From the NCBI RefSeq assembly GCF_006345805.1, contig NW_021836179.1:186001-250000 (forward strand): a stretch of DNA of 64,000 bases, written 5' to 3'. This document shows, piece after piece, positions 10,290 to 21,490 of the stretch; position 1 is the first letter of the stretch, and every line of letters begins with the position of its first letter. Source of the DNA: Octopus sinensis (Eukaryota). Position numbers and translations under genes: made by a program. The notes below the pieces were generated by a model. That model had not been told where the DNA came from. It ran no database searches and saw only the letters and a program-made list of their open reading frames with translations.

Positions 10290-11062
10290 TGTATACAGTG
10301 CTCAGGTGCACCACAACTTGTCAGAAAGTGCGTATAAAGTACATGCAGTAATGTACAAATGTCTGGAAAGCGAACAGTGTATAAGTCAGATACATGCTTG
10401 CGTGTGTATGGAGGGAAGAAAATCAGGTGTAGTGTTGGCGAATCTCAGGAAGTTTTGAACGATGCAGTGCTCCGACAACTAACAACCGATGCCGGCAGTT
10501 TGTTCCATGCTTCAGCAACTCTTAGCGTGAAAAAATGTTTCCGAAAGTCATGGGAGCTGTGCTGTTTTCTGACTTTGCAAACATGTCCATGGGTGTTAGA
10601 CAGGTGGAGTTTGAAAAGGTGCTCAGAGTTATTGTTTGTGCAATGGTTAATAACTTTATGGGTGTCTGCCAAGTCAGCTGCCAGACATCGGAGTTTCAAT
10701 GTGTCCATGCCCAGGGAAGTAAGGCGTTCAGAATATGGCAAATGCCTGATGGAGGGTATTCTCTTGGTTGTCAGATACATGCTTGCGTGTGTATGGATGG
10801 AAGAAAATTAGGTGTAGTGTTGGCGAATCTCAGGAAGTTTTGAAGGATGCAGTGCTCCGACAACTAACAACTGATGCTGGCAGTTTGTTCCATGCTTCAG
10901 CAACTCTTAGCGTGAAAAAATGTTTTCTGAAGTCATGGGAGCTGTGCTGTTTTCTGACTTTGCAAACATGTCCACGGGTGTTAGACAGGTGGAGTTTGAA
11001 AAGGTGCTCAGAGTTATTGTTTGTAAGATGGTTAATAATTTTATGGGTGTCTGCCAAGTTAG
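10290..11062 (-). mobile_element. CR1-like LINE 3' fragments, duplicated in tandem
   Basis: RIPSIRHLPYSERLTSLGMDTLKLRCLAADL..HFFTLRVAEAWNKLPASVV. The second copy (10768-11062) repeats the same peptide. Confidence 0.85.
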
Positions 11063-11357
11063 TTGTTGTTGGTTGCAGTGAAGCTGCATTAGTTTTGTTG
11101 ATTCTGTTGTTCTTATTGTTGTTGTTGTTTGTGTTGAGGCTTTGAGAGCCACAGGGGAGCATCTCTTTAGGTTTGGTTCCCGGCCACACTTGACCAACAT
11201 TCATGTCTGGCAGAGTTGGGCCTTGCTTTGCTGGCAAGTAGTGGGATTAGATTCATCTTCATCTCTTACAACTACAACATTGCCTGCAGAAGAGGTCACC
11301 AGGTTGGCAAATATTAATTGTTGTTGGGTGTTTTAACGATGTCTGACAATGATGCAA

Positions 11358-11598
11358 TCACACTTTTACATGGACAGATGCATGTGTAGTTAAGTTACTT
11401 CTCCGAGAGAATGTTTAACCCCAGATACTACAGTGATATAGTCTCTCCCCTGAATGAATACGTTGGTGTCGTGTTAAGTTCGGGGTTGTCAGAGAAGGAT
11501 TTGCCACAGGTATCACAGTGAAATGGCTCCTCACCTGTATGAAAACGTTTGTCTGTAGTCAAGTCAGTAATTCCAGAGAATGATTTACCACAGATTTA
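11358..11598 (-). pseudogene. Decayed C-terminal fingers of ZNF-2
   Basis: After the stop at 11599 the minus strand still reads [40 protein letters not shown] and, after frameshifts, RSNLTTHASVHVKV* (stop at 11358-11360). Confidence 0.85.
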
Positions 11599-12486
11599 TC
11601 ACACTGTGTGAATACCTTTGTGTTTAGTTAAATCACTGTTTTGAGAGAAGGCTTTGCCACAGATATCACAGCGATGTGGCTTCTCACCTGTATGAACACG
11701 TTTGTGTCGAATGAAGCTAGAGTTGGCAGAGAATGATTTACTACAGATATCACACTGATATGGTTTCTCCCTTGTATGAATACGTTTGTGTGTATTCAAG
11801 TCAGAAATTCCAGCAAATGATTTACTACAGATATCACACTGATATGGCCTCTCTCCTGTGTGAATACGCCTGTGTCTTCTTAATTGACCATCCTCAGTGA
11901 ATGCTTTCCCACAAATATCACATTCACATGGTTTCTCTCCTGTGTGGATACGTATATGTTTAGTTAAGGTACTACTTACAGAGAATGATTTACAACAGAT
12001 ATCACACTGATATGGTCTCTCACCTGTGTGAATACGCCTGTGACTTTTTAATTGACCATCCTCAGTGAATGCCTGTCCGCAGATATCACATTCATATGGT
12101 TTCTCTCCTGTGTGGATACGTATATGTTTAATTAAGGTGCTACTTGCAGAGAATGATTTACCACAGACATCACAATTATATGGTTTTTCTGCAGAATGAA
12201 TATTTTTATGCACAAATAAGGTACTGTTTAAAGTGAAAGATTTACCACAGATATCACAGTGAAATGGTTTCTCTCCTGTGTGAGTACGCCTGTGTTTACT
12301 CAAGCTACCGTTTTGAGAGAAGGATTTGCCACAGGTATCACAGTGAAATGGCTTCTCACCTGTATGAAAACAAATGTGTTTAACCAAATCATTACCTGTG
12401 GGGAAGGATTTACCACAGATTTCACAACCATGTTGTGATTCTTCTAATTCTTTTGACATTTTTCTAAGGAATACAAATGGATCCAA
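11599..12486 (-). CDS. C2H2 zinc-finger protein, 10 fingers (ZNF-2); conserved MSKE start at 12459
   Basis: Ten C2H2 units with TGEKP linkers; fingers 4-5 are duplicated as 6-7; ends prematurely at HTV*. Confidence 0.93.
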   Translation of the reverse strand: MDPFVFLRKMSKELEESQHGCEICGKSFPTGNDLVKHICFHTGEKPFHCDTCGKSFSQNGSLSKHRRTHTGEKPFHCDICGKSFTLNSTLFVHKNIHSAEKPYNCDVCGKSFSASSTLIKHIRIHTGEKPYECDICGQAFTEDGQLKSHRRIHTGERPYQCDICCKSFSVSSTLTKHIRIHTGEKPCECDICGKAFTEDGQLRRHRRIHTGERPYQCDICSKSFAGISDLNTHKRIHTREKPYQCDICSKSFSANSSFIRHKRVHTGEKPHRCDICGKAFSQNSDLTKHKGIHTV

Positions 12487-12976
12487 CCATTAAACTTTTC
12501 CCTTGTTTTTCTTCTCTCAACACAGAATATAATTTCTTTTTCTTTGTTGTTGTTGTTATCATTTATTCCTTATTTCTACTGCGATCAACTGTTATTTTAT
12601 CAATATTTAAAATTCTGCAAACTCCTTTGCAAATAGATTCAACTTAATTAGAATGCAAAAGCAACAGATAACGAGATGGAGAAATGTTGCTATGAATCTC
12701 AGCTCAGATCAAATGTTTCACAGCAATTCAATCCTAGATTTATAACAGTTGGGATATTATATCTGTTCTCTATAATATTTTCCTCTAGTCTTTAAATTAT
12801 AAATATTCCAGATGTCTCCAATGTACAAAAGTTGTTTTGTGCCAATGTCATCCGTGAATCTGAAATAATAAAGAAACAGAATTAGATAGAGAGGAAAGAT
12901 CAAAATAGGATTGTTACATTTCTATATTGAATAACAAATGACATCATATAACATTGGGTGAAATCTAAAACTTTAT

Positions 12977-13862
12977 GTGTGGTAAGTAGCTTGTTTACCA
13001 ACCACATGGTACCGGTTGAGTCCCACTGCGTGGCACCTTGGGCGAGTGTCTTCTACTACAGCCTCGGGCCGACCAAAGCCTTGGGAGTCGACTTGGTAGA
13101 CGGAAACTGAAAGAAGCCCGTCGTATATATGTATATGTGTGTGTGCGTGTATGTTTGTGTTTGTCCCCCTAGCATTGCTTGACAACCGATGCTGGCGTGT
13201 TTATAACCCCGTCACTTAGCAGTTCGGCAAAACAGACCGGTAGAATAAGTACTGGGCTTACAAAGAATAAGTCCCGGGGTTGTGTTGCTCGATTAAAGGC
13301 GGTGCTCCAGCATGGCCGCAGTCAAATGACTGAAACAAGTAAAAGAGTAATAACTATATGTTTACATTATGTAACATTTTATATGGCTGCTGGGGGTGTT
13401 TGTCTCCCCTTCATAAATATATAAGTACACAGGAAAAAATGTGTCGAAGCCATCAGGAAGCGTCGATGCTTCCTAGGGCTAAACAGCGGTAGTGTAATCC
13501 CCTACTGTCACGTTAGATTGACAGTATACAACCATTCTATCGCTCCACCACCATACATATCTCTGAGATATTTAGAAATTTAATATTTCTGATATATATA
13601 TATATATATATACTCTTTTACTTGTTTCAGTCATTTGACTGCGGCCATGCTGGAGCACCGCCTTTAGTCGAGCAAATCGACCCTGGGACTTATTCTTTGT
13701 AAGCCCAGTACTTATTCTATCGGTCTCTTTTTGCCGAACCGCTAAGTGACGGGGACATAAACACACCAGCATCGATTGTCAAGCAATGCTAGGGGGACAA
13801 ACACAGACACACCAGCATCGATTGTCAAGCAATGCTAGGGGGACAAACACAGACACACAAAC

Positions 13863-13900
<38 letters not shown>

Positions 13901-14063
13901 GACAGGCTTCTTTCAGTTTCTGTCTGCCAAATCCACTCACAAGGCTTTGGTCAGCCCGAGGCTATAGCAGAAGACACTTGCCCAAGATGCCATGCAGTGG
14001 GACTGAACCCGGAACCATGTGGTTGGTAAGCAAGCTACTTACCACACAGCCACTCCTGCGCCT
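12977..14063. mobile_element. Inverted pair of (TA)n-core SINEs (12977-13350 +, 13611-14063 -)
   Basis: Same consensus in opposite orientations ~260 bp apart; the second copy has an internal ~46-bp duplication. Confidence 0.88.
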
Positions 14064-14269
14064 AACTGTTTATATATATAAAATACAAAAACGGTTTCTA
14101 ATGCAAAACATCCAGAAAGTTAGGTGAAACAAAAAAGAGACAACAAAATATCCAGACAGATGATACAAAGAAAACAAGGACGGATCATTTGGAGTTTTCT
14201 ATCCTCAGTCGAGTTCCAGATTATCTTTGCAATTTCGGCTGATATATGATATATATATATCCCCCGAGG

Positions 14270-14830
14270 TAGGTGGCCCTGCTCGATGTGTAGAAACTCC
14301 ATAAGATGTACCCAGTGTAAGCTATGGACACATAAGAGGTGCAGCAACATCAAAGGAACATTAACCGAGAAGATAGCTTTCATGTGCGGCAGATGCACAG
14401 GGGCAATAGACACCACAGACACTCAGAAATCAGATTCCATCACACTCCAGGGGGAGAAACTAGAAGTAGTTAATAGTTCCCGTTACCTAGGTGACCAGGT
14501 AAGTAGTGGAGGTGGATGCTGAGAGTGTTACCACTAGAATAAGAATAACCTGGGCAAAGTTTAGAAAGCTTCTTTCCTAATGGTGACAAAGGGTCTCTCG
14601 CTCAGAGTGAAAGGTAGATTGTACGACGCATGTGTGTGAACTGCCTTGCTTCATGGCAGTGAAACATGGACCATGACTGTGGAGGACATGCGTAGGCTTG
14701 AAAGAAATGAAGCTAGCATGACCCACTGGATGTGTAATGCCAGTGTCCATGCACGACAGAGTGTAAGCACCCTGAGAGAAAGGTTGGACATAAGAAGCAT
14801 CGGATGTGGCATGCAGGAGAGGCGTCATCA
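14270..14830 (+). mobile_element. RTE-clade LINE fragment with a PHD-like Cys/His finger in the RT C-terminal region
   Basis: CRNSIRCTQCKLWTHKRCS..FMCGRC followed by LEVVNSSRYLGDQVSSGGGC and LHGSETWTMT..LERNE; contains stops and frameshifts. Confidence 0.85.
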
Positions 14831-15237
14831 TCGTTTAATGTCCATTTTCCAACCATGGCTTGACAACAGATGTTAGAGCGAGAAAGACACACATGAAGAT
14901 GATCGTAGAATATGCTAGAAACAACAGCCAAATCTCCATTTAATCACACACCTTTAAGTCTGACAATATTTACTCTTTTTTTAACGGAAAGGGCTTCTCT
15001 TATGGTTTTAAGTGCGTAATGCCAACGAAATCAAGTAAATCGGGGGGAGTAAAGGACGAGGAGGGGGTCGTTAAAAAGCTAAATCTCTCGAAAAAAGGCA
15101 CTACTTAAATATAGGTCCCGATGCATCTACGTAACAATGTTTTTAGGTTAGGGTTATGTAGATGCGTCAAGACCTTTGTATTTAAGTAGTATGGGAAAAA
15201 TTTCTTTTTTTTAAATGATGCTTCAAATCAATTTCAA

Positions 15238-15560
15238 GTGTGCATTCTAAGACAAAATCTGAAAAATTCCAACATATGTGGGCCACCTACCGCTGACGAC
15301 CACCGTATTTTCTACGCTTTCTTCACAATCTGCTGGAATAGAGGAGACATGAACGACGGTAGTATGTACAAAAACAAAGCGAGCATTCGTCAAGGCAGTT
15401 GGTTTGAAAACAGTCATCTCACTTTGTTCAATATCATCCTTCTATCATATTGCTGGGCCCACGACTTTTCTCTCTCAAAGACATTTCTCATAAGGTCCAC
15501 TGCGACAAGAATACTCGTGCAATTCATTGATGCAATTTCGACTGTGAATCGATTTTACGT
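15238..15560 (+). mobile_element. Merlin/IS1595-like transposase N-terminal relic
   Basis: KNKASIRQGSWFENSHLTLFNIILLSYCW resembles the SIRxGSWFExSxL..IL.L.Y.W motif of Merlin transposases; no DDE domain is seen. Confidence 0.6.
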
Positions 15561-16190
15561 CTGTAAAATAGGAAATTAGGCCGTGTTGTGTTGAGGGTGT
15601 AATTCCGTCTGTTCTTTGGTGAAACTTAGTCTAACTTTGGAAGATTCTGCTCAACATCGCTCACTGAAGCGTAGTGTTGTGTGCTCTGGAGGAGGAAAAC
15701 AATCCGAATTAGATATGACCAGAGAAGCTAAAGAGACGGGGGCGGCAGTAAGGAAGGCCACAGTCCCTCAGGACCCACAAAGTGTAAAGATGAAAACCTG
15801 GTCATCTTCAGAAAAAGGAAGGGCGGAACCGAATACTCGATACACGGTATAAGTATTCCCGGATTTCTGGAAGCCGGATAAGAGATCCGGCACGTACGAT
15901 CGATCGATAGATAGGTGTGGATATCTTACCAATTATGCTTTACAAATCAATATGACCAGAGAAGCTAAAGAGACGGGGGCGGCAGCAAGGAAGGCCACAG
16001 TCCCTCAGGACCCACAAAGTGTAAAGATGAAAACCTGGTCATCTTCGGAAAAAGGGAGGGCGGAACCGAATACTCGATACACGATATAAGTATTCCCGGA
16101 TTTCTGGAAGCCGGATAGGAGATCCGGCACGTACGATCGATCGATAGATAGGTGTGTATATCTTACCTGTTATGCTACACAAATCAATGT
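15480..16190 (-). repeat. Second copy of the CpG-rich ZNF intron-1 module with the same tandem duplication, lacking the promoter/exon-1 part
   Basis: Reverse complement of 4850-5530 with the same junction TCTGGTCATATTGATTTG; abuts the ZNF-3 3' region at ~16190. Confidence 0.85.
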
Positions 16191-16477
16191 TATCTTGCCA
16201 ATGTAGATTATAAGAGTGGCTATAAAATATATTGTGATAACAGCTCGTTAACACACTCAGGTAAGAATTTACTAAAGTGGCTGAAGTGGTTGATATAAGG
16301 AAGAGTATCTGGCTGTAAAAAAGTATCTGAAAAGGGTGACCACGAAGTGTATGGTTACTTTCAGGGGTCAATGATTACTTTTAAGGGCACAAAGGTTAAG
16401 CCATGATTTTCCAGGGAGAAAGGTTCCAAGATATTGAATGTTGCTGTGTGTTCTAATGAATTTTGACAATGATACAA

Positions 16478-17272
16478 TCACACTTTCGCATGGATAGATG
16501 CATGTGTATTTAAGTTACTTCTCTGAGAGAATGATTTACCACAGATATCACAGTGATATGGTTTTTCTCCTGTATGTATAAGTTTGTGTTTAGTTAAGTC
16601 ACAACTTTGAGAGAAAGCGAGACCACATGTATCACAATTATATGGTGTCTTCCCTGTGTGAATGCGTTTGTGTTTAGTTAAGTTTGAGTTATCAGAGAAT
16701 GATTTACCACAGGTGTCACAGTGAAATGGTTTTTCACCTGAATGAATACGTTGGTGTGTAGTCAAGTCGCTAATTCCAGAGAATGATTTGCCACAGGTAA
16801 CACAATGATACGGTCTCTCTCCTGTGTGAATACGTTCGTGTCTTCTTAAGATTTTACTGTCAGAGAATGCTTTGCCACAGATATCGCAACAATATGGTTT
16901 CTCACCTGTATGAATACGTTTGTGTGTTGTTAATTGACTACCTACAGAGAATGATTTAGCACAGGTAATACAGTGAAATGGCTTTTCCCCTGTATGAAAA
17001 CGTTTGTGTCTGCTTAAGTGACTATTCTCAGTGAATGCCTTTCCACAGATATCACAGGTATATGGTCTCTCACCTGTATGAATACGTTTGTGCCGACTTA
17101 AGCTACTGTTCTGAGAGAATGATTTACCACAGGTATCACAGTGAAATGGCTTCTCACCTGTATGGATACGAACGTGCTTAATCAACTCACTACTTCTAGA
17201 ATATGATTTACCACAGATTTCACAATAATGTTCTGATTTCCCTAATTCTTTTGACATTTCTCCAAGAGACAA
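16478..17272 (-). CDS. C2H2 zinc-finger protein, 9 fingers (ZNF-3); ATG start at 17257
   Basis: Nine C2H2 units, TGEKP linkers, C-terminus HASIHAKV*. Confidence 0.95.
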   Translation of the reverse strand: MSLGEMSKELGKSEHYCEICGKSYSRSSELIKHVRIHTGEKPFHCDTCGKSFSQNSSLSRHKRIHTGERPYTCDICGKAFTENSHLSRHKRFHTGEKPFHCITCAKSFSVGSQLTTHKRIHTGEKPYCCDICGKAFSDSKILRRHERIHTGERPYHCVTCGKSFSGISDLTTHQRIHSGEKPFHCDTCGKSFSDNSNLTKHKRIHTGKTPYNCDTCGLAFSQSCDLTKHKLIHTGEKPYHCDICGKSFSQRSNLNTHASIHAKV

Positions 17273-17937
17273 AATAGACCCAACCGTTAAAGTTTCTCAC
17301 AGTATTAAATTTTCCCCTTATCTTTCTTCTCTCACCACAGAATGTAATTTCCTTCTTCTTGTGCTTAGAAATATTTCTACTGCTATGGACTAAAATTCTG
17401 CAAACTCCTTTGCAAATAGATTCAACTTTAATCAGAATGCAAAAGCAACAGGTAAGGAGATGGAGAAATGTTGCTACGAATCTTTGCTCAGAGCAAATAT
17501 TTCACAGTAATCCAACCCTAGTAGGGTTATTATATCTGTTCCCTAAGACATTTTCCTTTAGTCTTTAAGACATGATAGATATTCCAGATGTATCCAATAT
17601 ACAGAAGTCGTTTTGTGCCAATGTCATCTGTGAATCTGAAATAATAAAGAAATAGTTTTAGATATAGAAAACAGATCAAATTGGAAGTGTTGCAACATTT
17701 CTATATTGATTAACAAATGACATCAAATAACTTTAGGTGAAAATTTATAAACTACAACTACACCTTCACATTGTTTGTGTATACATATATATCAGGTAGA
17801 GTAAAAAGTAAGCAACGTTTTGAACCATGAGGAATTTCTACTGGATTTTTGCAGTGTTTTGAATTTTTAAAAACATTTTTTTGCAATTGTCTGATAATAT
17901 AGATATAGCCTTGCCCAAATGCATCAATAAATTAATA

Positions 17938-18310
17938 CTCTTTTACTTGTTTAAGTCATTTGACTGCAGCCATGCTGGAGCACCGTCTTTAGTCGAGCAA
18001 ATCGACCCCGGGACTTATTCGTTGTAAGCCCAGTACTTACTCTATCGGTCTCTTTTGCCGAACCGCTAATTGACGGGGACGTAAACACACCAGCATCGGT
18101 TGTCAAGCAATGCTAGGGGAACAAACACACACATATACATATATACATATACACGACAGGCTTCTTTCAATTTCCGTCTACCAAATCCACTCACAAGGCA
18201 TTGGTCGGCCCGGGGCTATAGCAGACGACACTTGCCCAAGATGCTACGCAGTGGGACTGAACCCGGAACCATGTGGTTGGTTAGCAAGCTACTTACCACA
18301 CAGCCACTCC
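17938..18310 (-). mobile_element. (TA)n-core SINE
   Basis: Full consensus in reverse complement. Confidence 0.88.
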
Positions 18311-18349
18311 TGATATTGATATTTTTTTCCCTGTCCTTACAATCATCTG

Positions 18350-19690
18350 AAACAGAACTGTCAAAGAACGATATTCAAGCAATTTTGCAATTCAAATTCA
18401 AAAAAGGTCGTAAAGCAGCTGAAACTGCTTGCGATATCAACAAAATGTTTGGTGTGGAAACGACCAGTGAGTGGTCAGCTTGGAAATGGTTTAAATGATT
18501 TCGCAGTGGAGACCAGAGCCTTCAAGATCGTTAGTGCAGTGGACGCCCATCTGTCATTGATAACAAGTCAATTAAGGACTGTCATTAAGAAAGACCCATG
18601 CGAAACCACTCGAGAAGTGGCAAAAGAACTTCAATGAAAATCAGAAGATGTGCAGATATGAAATTTGCTTGTAGCTTCTTCTCCATTACCAGACCGACCC
18701 ATTTCTTGACTGTATTGTAACTTGTGATGAAAAGTGGATCCTGTATATCATCAACATCGTTTAGCGTCCGCTTTCCATGCTGGCATGGGTTGGACGGTTC
18801 AACTGGGGGTCTGTGAAGCCCGAAGGCTGCACCAGGTCAGTCAGATCTGGCAGTGTTTCTACAGCTGGAAGCCCTTCCTAACGCCAACCACTCCGTGAGT
18901 GTAGTGGGTGGTGCTTTTTATGTGCCAGGCGAGGCTGGCACGGCCACGATCGGATGGTGTTTTTTTGTGCCACCGACACAGGTGCCAGACAAGGCTGGCG
19001 AATGGCCACGCTCGGATGGTGTTTTTCACATGCCACCGGCACGGAGGCCAGGCAAGGCCACGCTCAGATGGTGTTTTTTACGTGCCCACTGCACGGAGGC
19101 CAGTCGATGCGGTACTGGCTACGGCCACGTTCGGATGGTTTTCTATGTGCCACCGGCACTGGTATCACGAAAAATACAAATTCCATTGATGTTCATCAAT
19201 TTTGATTTGATTTGATTTTCACTTGTCTCAACAGGTCTTCACAAGTAGAGTTATGTGTTCCAATGATAAAAAAATGTTCTTTGCAGTGGTTGGAACAAAT
19301 AAAGCACCAAAAACCTTCCCTAAATTTGAGCCCTTCAAAAAGAAGGTTATGGTGACTGTTTGGTGGTGTACTGCTGGACTCTTCCACTATAACTTCTTAA
19401 AACCTGGAAAAACCATTACTGCAGAAACATATTGCCATGAAATTGCCGAGATGAATGCAAAACTGAATCTCCTCCGTCCCAAGACTGGTCAACAGAAGAC
19501 GGCCAATCATTCTTCATGATAATGCTTGACCACATTTCACTAACGATGATCCAGATGTTAGGGGAACCTGGCTACCAAGTACTTCTCCACCACCCAGCTT
19601 ATTCCCCAAACCTTTCTCCTACTGACCACCACAGCTTTCAAGCACTTTGAAGGAGTTCAAAGTCAAACTGCGGAAAATGTATTCAAAAGC
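18350..19690 (+). mobile_element. Degenerate mariner transposase, interrupted by a SINE
   Basis: HTH KGRKAAETACDINKMFG..WKWFK*FRSG, DPCETTREVAKEL, IVTCDEKWILY, KKVMVTVWW..GKTITAETYC, HDNA and YSPNLSPTDHH motifs. Confidence 0.88.
18745..19200 (-). mobile_element. RTE-tailed SINE with an internal tandem array
   Basis: (ATC)n tail, GCCCTTCCTAACGCCAACC, and about five units of GGATGGTGCTTTTTACGTGCCACCGGCAC. Confidence 0.85.
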
Positions 19691-19999
19691 GCAGGAGTGG
19701 CTGTATGGTAAGTAGCTTGCTTACCAACCACATGGTTCCGGGTTCAGTCCCACTGCGGGGCACTTTGGGCAAGTGTCTTCTGCTAAAGCCCCGGGCCGAC
19801 CAAAGCCTTGTGAGTGGATTTGGTAGACGGAAACTGAAAGAAGCCCGTCGTATATATGTATATATATATATATATATAAATCAAAGCAATTAAGATTCAA
19901 GTCAATTCCAATGAATTTACTTGAATGTGGTACTTAACTTAGATGCACCAGAAAAACTATATGGTGTTAACCATACAGTAATGTGGGGTGATTATAAAT

Positions 20000-20497
20000 G
20001 AGAAAGAAGCAACAAGAATGGATTAGTTTTTCGGACAATTGTTTCATACAAAGACAGGCTTTATTACAAGTTGCAAAAATAGCAGCAGATAAAAGTGTCC
20101 CGTACTCATCAGCTAAAACACATATGAGTTCTCCAAACATCTTAGTGGGTGAGGCTATACTCATGAAGTATTGGAGATAATTTCATTAAAGGCAGATTTA
20201 GGTTGCAAACAGATTTCCAAAGTTCCTTAATGATGATGCACAGTCTTATCACAGGTTCTTAAAAGCTTATTAGCTTTGGAAATCTGTTTGCAACCTAAAT
20301 CTGCCTTTAATGAAATTATCTCCAATACTTCATGAGTATAGCCTCACCCACTAAGATGTTTGGAGAACTTATATGTATTTTACCTGATGAGTACGGGACA
20401 CTTTTATCTGCTGCTATTTTTTGCAACTTGTAATAAAGCCTGTCTTTGTATGAAACAATTGTACTAAAAACTAATCCATTCTTGTTGCTTCTTTCTC
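20000..20497. repeat. Long near-perfect inverted repeat (foldback)
   Basis: Arms 20000-20222 and 20274-20497 differ at about 6 positions; 51-bp spacer. Confidence 0.95.
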
Positions 20498-20522
20498 GTA
20501 TATATATATATATATATATATA

Positions 20523-20660
20523 TAGGCGCAGGAGTGGCTGTGTGGTAAGTAGCTTGTTTACCAACTGCATGGCACCTTGGGCAAGTGTCTTCTGCTATAG
20601 CCCCGGGCCGACCAATGCCTTGTGAGTGGATTTGGTAGACGGAAACTGAAAGAAGCCCGT

Positions 20661-20703
<43 letters not shown>

Positions 20704-20912
20704 TTGTGTGTCTGTGTTTGTTTCCCTAGCATTGCTTGACAACCGATGCTGGTGTGTTTATGTCCCCGTCACTTAGCGGTTCGGCAAAAGAGACCGATAG
20801 GATAAGTACTGGGCTTACAAAAGAATAAGTCCCGGGGTCGAGTTGCTCGATTAAAGGCGGTGCTCCAGCATGGCCGCAGTCAAATGACTGAAACAAGTAA
20901 AAGAGTAAAGAG
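20523..20912 (+). mobile_element. (TA)n-core SINE
   Basis: Consensus head and tail with an internal deletion in the head. Confidence 0.88.
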
Positions 20913-21164
20913 TTCATCAGCTCCAGAACTCTAGATTTTTACGTTACCAGAATAAACAAACTTGTAACTCGTTAGCAAAAATGTGTTGATTGCAATGGTA
21001 CCTACTTTGATGAATAAAATTTCTGCATTGTTGAAATATATTGTGATGAAATTTCCTGCTTCGAAACTTTGCTTATTTTTTACTGCTACATTGAAGTTCA
21101 GAATAATGGACAACAATATACTTCTCTCAAAAAATATATTGCCATTGCTCTTTACCTCCATGGC

Positions 21165-21490
21165 GCATGGCTCAGTGGTTAGAGCGTTGAGCTTACGATC
21201 GTGAGGTTGTGAGCTGGAATCCCGGACCGGACCGGGCTGCGTGTTGTGTTCTCGAGCGAGGCACTTTATTTCACGTTGCTCCGGTTCACTCAGCCTTAGA
21301 AACGAGTTGCGACGTCACTGGTGCCAAGCTGTATCGGCCCCTTTGCCTTTCCCTTGGATAACACTGGCGGCGTGGAGAGGGGAGGCTGGTATGCATGGGC
21401 GACTGCTGGTCTTCCATAAAACCACCTTGACCGGACTTGTGTCTAGGAGGGTAACTTTCTAGGTGCAATCCCATGGTCATTCATGACTGA
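21165..21490 (+). mobile_element. tRNA-derived SINE of a different family
   Basis: GGCGCATGGCTCAGTGGTTAGAGCG A-box-like head, then CACTTTATTTCACGTTGCTCC body. Confidence 0.75.

Noticed and set aside
13786-14127. Recurrent ORFs such as MLGGQTQT..YIYIYI and MSSNARG..
   Set aside because: They are translations of the (TA)n-core SINE and microsatellites and recur at every SINE copy.
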